Part shown: positions 31,373 to 43,300 of the stretch, in pieces
How the letters are laid out: each line of letters starts with the position of its first letter
Numbering within the stretch: the first letter of the stretch is position 1
Origin: Phoronis australis
Taxonomy: Eukaryota; Animalia; Phoronida
Reading direction: 5' to 3'
NCBI GenBank assembly: GCA_002633005.1
Contig: NMRA01000305.1
Location: 466,958 to 530,957 of the forward strand
DNA: 64,000 bases
Translations under genes and position numbers: made by a program
The notes under the pieces: model-generated
Told to the model about the DNA's origin: nothing
Databases searched by the model: none
What the model saw: only the letters and a program-made list of their open reading frames with translations

Positions 31373-34300
31373 TTAAATGAAGTCATACAGATATCGTAGA
31401 ATGTCAAACTGTACAGTTCTGTAAACAGAAAAAGAAAAGGATTTATTCTCTTTGGGGTATTCTAGTATATAACTGACATTTTGAAACAACTCAAAAATCA
31501 TATTGTTTTCTTTCACTAATTGGACCACTTAAAACTTGTAGTCTAAATAAACTTTCCTCAAATGAAAAAGTTGGCGAATTATAATTGCAAGCACGCTGAA
31601 CTTTTGCAATTAACATTAAAGTCAATATTACAATACACACTCACTTGGCTACAAGTCTAATGAAGTCCAGAGACACCAGACATTTATACTTGGGACTGTC
31701 TAGTTGGTCATCGCATGCCACTTGTGCCAACAGGTGGAGTGATACTAAGGAAGACAGCTGGAACAAGGAACAAGGAACAAGGCTGCAGCCCATGGTCTCA
31801 GCAAAATAATCTGAGCATAGAGGTGTCAGAAAAAAGCAGTATAAGAATTGACCTAACTTAACAAAAGTTAAAAGATTAATAATAAAATGTACTTGTTTTA
31901 GATTTAATAGAAATTTTAAAACCCACAGGCTCATATAAACACAGAGGAAAAAAGCCATAGTTCTTGCTTTGCACTACATAAATAAGCCAAATATTATCTA
32001 CATGCAAATGACAAGGCAATACAAATACGTCGTTCAGACTGATTCACCATCTGATATAGACAGTCTGACAAGAAAATCAAACAAAATCATGAACTTTCGT
32101 AGATATCAACCTTCTGATGACCTGCCTTCAAATCGGCCGACAGATCTGCCTTCTTATTGTGAGAAGGCTACATACATTCTAATGACGTAACTTATGGTTA
32201 AGCTCCCATGGTGATCCTACACAACTAGCACGTGTATTAGCATTTTCACATTTACCGTATGCTAATTTGTACGGTTTAATTACTTCAAAAATGGCAAAAA
32301 GGACTACTTTGCCAAATGTTTGTCTTAAGCAACTTATCTGCTTTCCGATCCAAAAGCTTCATTTGCCATGTGACTTACTGCGTATTCGTTAACAGATTCT
32401 TTAATAAAGTGTTACAAATTCCTTTAATAGTTAACGATGGGCTCGTCCTCCAAATAAATACGGGCCAAGGTGGATTTGTTCAGTGGTCAGTTACAGTACT
32501 ATTAGAATATCTATACACAACTCACCACCAAAGAGTGGCAAGGTCCGACACAGAAGTATTGTGAATTGGTCAGATGAAGACATTTATATCACTTCCTCAA
32601 TATACATAACTGAATAACAAGCGGATGTTATTTAAGATATCAAAACCAGATTGCTCTCTCAATACATTGCTCACCTGAGACAGGATACTGGCAGTAGGCG
32701 CGACACGACCTTCGACAATAGAGTAAAAGATGGCCATGAGGCGGTCCAGAGGGAATGGTTTGGGGCCCAGCAGCTGATTACTGGTCTGTAAGACAGGGTT
32801 ACATTAGGTAAAAGATATACAAGAGACAGTTCAGGGGGAAGGGTTAGGGGCCCAGCAGCTGTGTACTGGTCTGTAAGACAGAGTTACATTGGGTAAAAGA
32901 TATACAAGAGACAGTCCAGGGGGAAGGGTTAGGGGCCCAGCAGCTGCGTACTGGTCTGCAAGACAGGGTTACATTAGGTAAAAGATATACAAGAGACAGT
33001 CCAGGGGGAAGGGTTAGGGGCCCAGCAGCTGCATACTGGTCTGTAAGGCACGTGTTAGATAACAACAAAGACAAGATTATGATGGAGTAAAATGTGGACA
33101 AGAGATACACCATGGAGAAGTGGAGTGACCCAAGCTTTAGTTACGAGTCTGAAACAGAACTTGGATTATAATAGGGTAAAACGTAGACAAAATATGGTCC
33201 AAAGGGAATGGGTGGGACCTCACCCCTAGTTACTAACCGAGAACAAACATAGGTCAGATTCTAATGGGACAAAAAGGTTGACAAGTGATGTTCAAGGGGA
33301 AAAAGGCATGACCCAAGGCAACCCCTAGCTACTAACCAGCAACTGTAAGGTTTAGATTTCAATAGGAAGAAAATACAAAGTCTAGAAGGATGGGCCGAGA
33401 TGAAGGGTGTAGTTAACATCCTGGGTAGGACAGTGAGGTAGGAGGAATGTGAAACTCGGGAGAATGGAGAACAACAAAGACGTATTCACATAATCATTTT
33501 CTCAGAACAAATGCAGCAACTGCACTGGGTAAAGATAGAATCCAGTATTTATCAAATAAATTAAAATAAACCAGCCGTATCGCTTTCTGTCAAAAAATAA
33601 CTATTGATTTAGTCCATTTGCCAAAAATGAAATTGGCCTCATCTTGATCCTCAACAGTAGAATTGAAATGAAATAAGTTAGCCTGACCCAGATAGGCAAC
33701 AACAAACTTAGGACAGTTCTTTTCAAGACCCGAATCCGTTCCTCATTTGAGTAAGGACAAGATGAGATGACTTTCGTAGCGAAAAAAGGTCTAAAGCAAA
33801 AGAAAGATCGTTTTTTTTTAAGGCAAGGTGGGTTTAAAACAGCTTTAACAGATGTGGCCAACAGGTGGCATGCAGACCAGACTTAATGTTTGCGAGCAGC
33901 TTTAACTATTCACTACTTGAACGAGTTTGCCATTGTGCTTTAAAATGAGGTGTTGTGTCTGAACTACAAATGGTTTTGCGTGTTTGGAACATGTGTTCTT
34001 TTTTATGTTTGCCTTGTTAAAACAGATGCTAAAACTAGGCACTGTGTCCTGAACAACAATGCACAACAATCATTTTAGCAGCACCACCAAGCATGCAAGT
34101 AGTAAATTGACACTGACGAAAATTTGCCAGAGCTACCTGGCCACTATGATCCTTACTAAGCGGTGAATAATGTCAAAAAGAACTCACCCTCTCATTTTTC
34201 TTCATCAACTTGGATCTTTTACTCATCTTACCCGAGTTCTGAAATAACACATTGAACATTTTACAACAGACTGCCTCCATTACAAAGTACAAATTACCAA

Positions 34301-37300
34301 AGACCTTGACATTGTGTTATGCCCTGCAGAATATAAATAAAACTAAAACTAAAACTAAACATAAATAGAAGCTATACAGCACCAAAAATTTAAAATTTTC
34401 ATTCACGACAGCTGATTACAAAAAACACCGGTAACAGAATAAAATAACAATCGCCACTTCATCCCATGCTCGCATGCGGTGCCGGGTACCGCATACGCGT
34501 AGAGCATTCACCACCACGCTCCTTTTGGAACCCAGGCAATACGGGGATCCCACTTCTCATATTCGCGTGAGGCAACGGACTTTACACTCTGTTTTGACCA
34601 TTCACCACCACGCTCCTTTCAAAACCCAGGGAAACCCTCAGTTACAATGATTTGATATCTACTTGGGATTTCACATGAACAAAGTAGATCTCCGTAGTAT
34701 GAGATTAGTGAACATAATAATTTGTGAAACAATAATCCAAAGTTACATCGTTCATACTCAGGCACCACTGAAAATCAAGATTTTGAATCAAACTATGTGT
34801 TGGTCCCAAATTAAACTATTAAGCTATTACTCAACTATTTCTTCACAAGTCAAGATTCAATTCTTGATGCCAATGAAACAGAGACCTTGACCACCAACAG
34901 AGGTCCATGACCACGGACTTCTTCACAGAAAATGAGAAGAACTCACTTTAGAAAAAAATCTTCTGTCACTCTTAGCAGGGTTGTAAGATGCAAGGTAGGA
35001 GGCAATTAACAGGTACTTGGAGTAAAACGGCAGTTCTATGTGAGACCTGGCTGAAATACCTGCAAAGAAAAACACATTTGAGTAATTTAATTGGAAAGGT
35101 CAAAAAGCAAAAGTCAGTTTACGTCTTTATTCCAACCCGAGACTTGAATTCACAGACTATCGACTAAAAAAAAAAATAAATGTATGACCGTATCGGTTTC
35201 AACCAAGGCTTCATTTATTTTTTGAAATGTTGTACAAAGGCTCGGGGAAAAAGGGTAACCAAAGTTTGAAACACCATATTTGCCAAGCAATGGGAAAAAC
35301 AAAATCAAATACCACATCGGTTTTGTACACCTCGTGTGGATTTTCTTTTTGAAAAAGTGAGCAACTAAAAATATTTATAGAGGATAAAATACAATAGATA
35401 TAAAACATTCTTTAACCAAAGGCTAATATAGAGCATGAACTTCTACAGCAAAAATTCAATTAAACAAATTAAGATAAATAGATTAAATTAAGTTACATTA
35501 AATTAAACAGGATTTACAGACTGAATTAAAATAAATAAATAAAAAGTTTTTTATGGTATATACATTGGAGTGACAAAAAGGAGGGACAGGTATGATGACC
35601 ACAGGTAACTAATGAGTTTGAGTCTGAAATCATCAACAGTCAGCTTCCTTTAGACTATTTGGCAAGTTGTTCCACAGTTGAATGGCCTGAATAACGAAGG
35701 ACTTAGAGTAAAACGAAGTTCTGCGTTTAGGTAAAACCAAATTGTTTGAGGTAGAAAATCTTGTCCTGATTTGATGGCTATTTCGAACATGTACAAGGTT
35801 ACGAAATAAATAAGTTGGTACATTATTGTGAAAACACTTATGCATCATACACTAACGCCTACGTATAAAATAATAGAGAGCCACCCCAGTCTATTAAACA
35901 TATGAATTGATGGAGTGTCAAAAGGTACACCTAGAACAAGTCTGGCTGCCTGCTTCTAAGCCTTCAATAGAGAGGAATTCAATTTTGCATTGCATCCTGA
36001 CCACACCGCACTACAATAAAAAGACAGAGGAAATATACAAGTGCTGAAATATTGCAGACGCCCTTCTGTGGGATGAAATGGTGATATACGCCGGAGAAAA
36101 CGAAGACACTGTCTAATTTTGGACGCAGTCCCACTAATATGGCTAGACTAGCAGAGGGTCTAATCTACAGGAACACCCAATAACTTTTCACTATCAACCT
36201 GTTTGAGCCGTACATCGGAAATAGCAAGATTAAATTCAAATGTTAATTATGCAACCACACGTCTCACCTTCCGTCTGCAACTGCAGATCCATACTTCTCC
36301 CCTCCTTTGCTGATTTCTGCAGTCTCTCCCACTGAGTACTAGAGACCTCCCGCAAGTAAACTGTTTGTAGCGCCTTCTTCAGGTGAGGTTCAATGTTACG
36401 CCACAGCTTCCTGTGTTCATTCATTTCCGCTGTAAATTAACAGATACACGCTGCAACAACTTTCTTTTCACGCCCTATTCAGGAACACCAGGACTTTTCT
36501 TCATAACTTATGTCTACATGAATGTAAATTTTAAACCAGTGAGCAAATTTAGATCGCAAACATTTTAAGTCTGCACAGTTACCAGAAGGTCGTGGGTTCG
36601 AGTCCCGGTCGGGCAGAAATCTTTTCAGACTTGTGCTCATTAGGTCACATGATGTGGCCAACAGGTGGCGTGCAGACCAGATTAGAAAATTTTTGCAAAC
36701 TTATGGCTGGTAGCGAATATTGAGTTCCTTCTTGGTTCAATTCAATCTCCTTTTTAGTTTTTTACTATAACATAAAACAAATTGAAGATTACAAAAACCA
36801 CAAAAGAACAAATCGTTTAATATGTATCCACCACGAAACCAATTTTGAATGCTTCTGTGATTACTATTGAGCCAAGACCTCTTAATGGACAACTTCTTGA
36901 CAGGATCTCAAAAACGTAGTTTGCTAAAACAACAGACTCTATATTTAAATTTAAGGATTCAACTCAGTATTTGTGGTACCCAAATTGTGAAGAACATTGC
37001 GTACGTGAATAAAAGCATGAAATACAAACCTTCTCCAGAGAGGACTGGCTCAACGTATTTTGGAAAATTCAACAGAGCCTACAAAAAAGACTTAAGCAGT
37101 TAAACGATGCCAGTCACGCTTTTGTGATGCAGTCAAATAGTTGAGCAGCCAGCGTATTCAATCAGGGTTTGGAATGACCCATGACAAAAAAGAGGAAATT
37201 TTTATGGCCCTAAATACACATTTCAATCTAAACCACATCTCAACAGATTGAAAGTAAACATTAGTACCACAAGATGCCCCGTTACTGTGTTGTGTTGGCA

Positions 37301-40300
37301 AAACGCACTCATCTTAAGCAGTACCTGACATCTATTTCAGCAACAGCAATGAAGGCAATTAGATGCAACAAAAGATATTTTTTAAATTTAAATAATAAAG
37401 ATAATGATGAAAAATTTTCAGTGTGAGTGGCAGGAGCTTATTCTTGATTTGCTGCAGGGAGAGCTATAAAATTATTTTCAATTCTTATAATTACGATGCA
37501 AAATTACAAAAAAATTGAAAATTGATAAATATGTTATCTAGAAAGCCTGAAATACATACACATTTAATTCTAACAAACAATTTAATTCCAACGCAAATGA
37601 AAAAAGTCAAGACGAAAACCTGTGGCTCATATCCCAACAGTTAGCATGGAAAAAAGAAAGTCAAAAATAACATACTTTAAACTATAGAATGCATCAATCA
37701 CAATACGAAGTTAGCCAAACTTTTCAGTTTCAAACAGTAATTACAAGAGTTAATTGTTCATAAGCTACGCTGGTATAGAAGAAAGTGACAAGAAGTAACT
37801 ACCAGGACACTGAAAATAGGTTGACAGAATTTGTAAACAATAGCTTAGACCAAACAGATCATTCAGAATCTGTCACGTGATCACTTCTCTTGAACTGCAA
37901 AACTGAGTCACAAAATAGAACACGAAAAATGTCAAAATAAATTGAAATACATAAAAGGCAATTTAGAACACATTTGCAGAAACGAAAATAGCACTTTGTA
38001 TCCCGTTTCGGCGGCACGTAGAAATTCGCACTCAGACGGTCAGGCCTAGCACTAGCAGCCAACGGCAACGGGCGTGCATGTGGGATCAAACAAAAGAATT
38101 TCATACATCACTTACAGCCCACGATTCCAATCCAATGACTAACGGTTGAATTTGAATTTCATTTCAGGAATCCTTATTTCTAGCGTTTCATCATTTTCAT
38201 TCTGTCCTCCAATTCCGACTTAGTCCAAGGCGACTCGGGCCAAGCACTCCGTAATTGTTCCTCTCTCAAAGTTTACACACAAACCTTGACTTATGTTGTT
38301 TGTGAAGACATTGGTCGTTTCTTTTATCCACTTTTTGCACGAAATATTCTGTTTATTCCACGCTGGATGCATATTTGACCGCAGAATTGCACTATTTGTC
38401 ACCGCGACTTTATACCAAATGCAGACGCCATTGATGAACCATGCTATCCCAGGCACAGGCACTTGAATTTATCTGTTCCTTGATTGCTACTGACATCACT
38501 CACTACTAAGAAAAAATGTTTCTTATATATGGTTATGAGTCATCGGCAAATTCGAGCACCTGTGATCCACAATTACAATTTTCGTTCCTCCGAAACATAA
38601 AGAGCAGTTTCCGCTTTTCGAGTCGTCAGCAACGCCACGGTGAGAAACCAATTTACCGTGACAATTTTATGGCAAATCCGATTTTTCCGCGGAAATATAA
38701 CAAAAATACCTGGATCGAATAAAAGAAAAAAGCGGAAATCCGCGTTTCCGTGGACAATTCCAAGCCTTAATTCAATGTTCGACACCGTTACTACGGAGCT
38801 GGACACACACTCTGAACAAAGACAAAAGAGACGCTACTCACTACGTTCAACAAGCAGCGATTTCTCGAATGTGCTACATTCACAGGAATCAGTCATGTTA
38901 CCTTCTATGCGAATTTCACTGCATCTTTTGAAAAGTGCCTGCCTTGAACAGTGACTGATCAAAGAGGTTAAACTAATCAACCTCTATACAAATGTTTTAC
39001 TTGTGAAACATATATCTCACATGTCAAAGTCATGTTAAGTATTGCTTTTTTAAATTTAACAGGATTGTAGACTTGAGCACGTTGTATAGCCTCAAACTCC
39101 ATCCGTGTACTGCTCCGGTGTCACGGGGATGGTCTGGGGAGGGGAATAATGCACCAGCATATCCCCAATGATCCTGTCCGTGACAGGTATTACAGGTATG
39201 TAGACTGGAGCATGATGCTAAAAGGGTGGGCGTGGTGTATAAGTCAAAGTTCAGTGGTAATTTCCATGCACTTTCTGTAAAGCAGTCACATTTTCTACCA
39301 ACAGTAAACTTACCAGGTATTGTAGTTCTATGAGATTACGGCAGGCTAAATGAAACACGCTGAGAATTAGGGTGATGTAGGAGAAATAGAAGTTTACTGG
39401 AAACTCTTCGGGGCAGTCTTTGGTCAGGATCTCGACAAGTTGGTCTGTAAATGGACAAGTGACACAAGGCTTAACTAGATGGGCCTGCAGTGACAGTTTG
39501 GTTGGTGGGTTATTCTGGGAAACACTTGATAATGCCAGTGTCAAGCAAGTTGTGGAAGATGGTGCAACTGCAATAGAAGTTTCACAACTAAGGCAGGGAC
39601 TTAGTAGTGAACACACTTGAGGCAGCCCGGAATTATGGAAGCAAATTGTACATGAATGCACACAACGCTCACTAGTCATAGACCTTATCCTGAATAATTT
39701 ACCCCATCTGTATTAAGGGAAGTGAAACATTAAATAGTCTGTGAACTTTGCTGTTACAGACCTTGTCATAAATAACCATTTACCCCCATCTGTAGTCAGA
39801 GAAGTCAACTAAAGGGTCTGTGAGCCTGAGCAGTTACGGCCAGTGTCCCAAATAATCATTTACCCCATCTATAGTCAGAGAAGTGAACTAAAGGGTCTGT
39901 GAACCTGTGTTATTACGGACCTTGCTCAGAATAATCACTTACCCCATCTGTAGTCAAAGAAGTAAACTTAATAGTCTGTGAATCTATCCTGTTACAAATC
40001 TTTTCCCGAATAACAATTTACCTCATTTGCAGTCAGCAAAGTGAACTAAAGGGTCTGTGAACCAGTACAGTTACGGACCTTGTTCAAAATATTCATTTAC
40101 CCCATCTGTAGACAAAGAATTGAACTAAAAGGCCTGTGAAGCTATAATGCTATGAATCTTGTCCCAAACTTACCTCTACTGTAGGCAGTGAACTCAAGAA
40201 TCAAATAGTGAAGTGTATCCGGACCATAACAGACAATTGCCACGGACCATACCAAACTGTCATGGACTATACCTACACCATCCTTTATCTGCATTGCAGT

Positions 40301-43300
40301 CAGTATAAATAAGAACCAAAGGGTCTGCAAAAAACCACTGTTATGGACCATGTCGCACACGCTCACTTACCTCTGCTGTAGTCAGTGAAGTGAAGCACCA
40401 AAGGGTCTGTGAAGCCGGTGCTGTTACGGAATTTGTCCCAGACTATCTCTGAGAGTAGTACAACACATACGCAGACACCTGACTGAGAAATTAAAGACAC
40501 AAACTGCAGGATCATGAGGATAAGGGTGAAACGCATGGGGGTGACATCAGAATATCACGCAACTTTGAAAAAATGTCCACAGATGAATAATAATCTGACG
40601 GGAAATTTATTAAAATAACAAGCAACCACAAGTTTTACCCCAAAAAGGGTTTTGAGCGTGGAACCTTCACTTGTGAGAAACAAACTAAATAAATTTTTGG
40701 TGCACTTTGAACACAGCGCTCACTGTTTGCAATATCCCTGTGCTCGGTCTTAACTTGAATTTGCGAAGGAGGGTGAATGTTATGTGAATTTTTTGTCAAA
40801 TTTCTCCACAAAACCACAGTTGAGGTGATAATCACTGTCTTAGAGGAGTCCTGGATTTTAAGAACCAGTTTGACGCCCGTCATTGTGTGGCGAAAATTGG
40901 TTATAAGAATGCGGGATTCCTGTAAATGACTACCAGTTGGTAATAGTTCCGATATTTGCAATGAGGTAGAAAAATAAAAGAACAACGATTTTGGCACTTA
41001 ATTGCATGTGAAATAAGTGAGGACTGACCACGTCTGTGAAAACTACACAGCTTCCTTTTTGAGATACTGCGCTATCATTTTCCACCTAAAAACTTGGCTT
41101 TTCTAGCTATGACCTTCAAAATGATGTCAAGGTCACAACAGTCGAGAGGCTCCCGCAGATGTCCCACCTACACCTCAGTATAAAACATGAACGAAATCTG
41201 CAGCTTCCTTTCGGCGAAATCGCGGCAACAGCATTGTGTGATGTACGGAATGATGGGGGACAAAAAAGTCACAGCCGACTATACTCACCAGTTGCTGTAG
41301 CCTCAACATGGCCGCCAGTACATTAGCTTCCATGTCTCGCAGCCGCTCTGCTTTATCTAACACCTGGAATGACACACGTCAAGATACTCCAGAACATGAT
41401 ATAGCACTCTTCAAGCGCATGATTTGACAAGTAATCGTTCTACCATCATTAAATAGATACTGAGTACCATTAGCTCACTTATTGTGAGCAACAATTGGTT
41501 TAAGAGGGAGTCACTAGGGGGCCTTTTGGTTGGTCACTTTGCTATTGTCGAGACACACCACTTGTGAGCAGAAGATCAAAGATTTTAATGCCTGATAGAC
41601 AGAGTTTCAGTCTATTAACTCGAGAGGCCCTGAGATGCAGCTTCTTGTCGAAGTGTAATGGATGTTTTATGTTGTGTTTTGTTGTTAACATCAAACCCCT
41701 TCGGAAACTTTGCAATATGCTGTGTAGACTGAAGTCACCCATCCCTTTATTGAACAAGAACAATGTTGTGTATAAGGTTGAATGTGACAACTGTAAGGAA
41801 TTCTATATAGGACTCACACAGAGACACCTCTGTGACAGGTTGAAAGAGCATCACACCTCAGAGAAAAGTAACATATATATGCATTGTATTAGCTACAATC
41901 ACCAAGCCAAATCTGTCAGTATTATCTGCAGAGAACCTAATAAGGAGTTAACTGTACATTACAGAGTCATTGGCCATTCAGAACCAGCATGCCACTGATT
42001 CTCTGAATAACATGCAGAGCTCAGTGACCCTGCAGCTATGGTGATGACCAGCCACTGACTATATTCTATGTATCTCTCACTTCACTCAATGGATGTTACC
42101 TGAGCTGTATGTTGGCATTTGTTGTCCTAAATTGTTATAAATATGATCCTGATGATGTCTAATGAAAAGACGAAACGTTGAATTGAACACGAACTTTTTT
42201 ATTTGTGCGGCGATTGTCTGGTTTTTAATCTTATTGTGGCCAAAAACTGATTTAATTAACATTAAAAGGTGTCTTATCGTACAGTCTTTTGTGAGTAACA
42301 GTAATCCATACCAGTTATTAAGCCTCTAATACAAAATAAATGCCAAATAATCTTCATGGACACTCAAAAGATTAGAGAAAATTTGAAAATTACTTGCAAA
42401 GTGGTTAAGTCAGCAATTACGACTACCGTATTCGCCCTAATAACCACCCAGGGCACTTAGAAAAGTTTGTTTAGGGGGGGGGCGCTTATTATGACCCAAT
42501 GCGGTTGAAACCTGATCTCCGAAACGGATGAAATCGGAAGCTAAGATTCAATATATTTACGCTCTGTGACATATCTGTAAGCTATTACAGGCTTTCTACA
42601 AATTGTGGTTCATTGCTATTAAACTTAGCTGCTAAATTACAATCATTTTACAGAAAATTGTGCAGAAATCCCAGGGCGAAAACTTGGCGACTGACTGCCT
42701 TGCAATCGTCAATATGGCAACTTGAATGCTTGAATAAAAATACAGCTTCAACTCAAGCAAATTACCTGAAATCCTCTTAAGTTTTTCAGATAGCGTCCCT
42801 AAGATTTTTAAGTTCCCGTGGAGTCGGGATTAACGACAGGTTAAGTCCAAATCTGTGCTAGATCGTGCCATCTATGATCGTAGGCCTATCTGGCAACACG
42901 AGAAAAATCTGGACGAACACACGTAGTTGTCACGTGAAGTTTGTTTGAAGTTCGTCTGTGTGGGTAAGCGAGCGCGTGCGTGTCACCAGAGTTCATTTGC
43001 CAGAGTAAACCCAATCTAATGAGCTAGATGTGCATTGTATCTAAAGAAATTAGCACAAGCAGTAGGCCCAAAGCAGAATGTGTTTCAATCAGCACTTGCC
43101 GGTCTCAACTGTTAAAAACGTTCGACAATCGTCTCAGTAAAGCCCATTTAGTCGCCGTATGGCTGGATTCGTACGAGACTATCCGAGTTATTTTTCGGTG
43201 TAAGGGTGTGTAAGCATTCACTGACAGTGGGCATTTTATCGGATATTTGGCTTGGTAACACCAATTATGATTAATAAAACAATCCCTCTTAAAAATAAAA

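Noticed and set aside
37850-38960. CpG-richer segment with short ORFs in ORC5 intron 6 as a nested gene
   Set aside because: No recognisable protein motif, splice structure or termini. It may be an old mobile element, but I cannot support a call.
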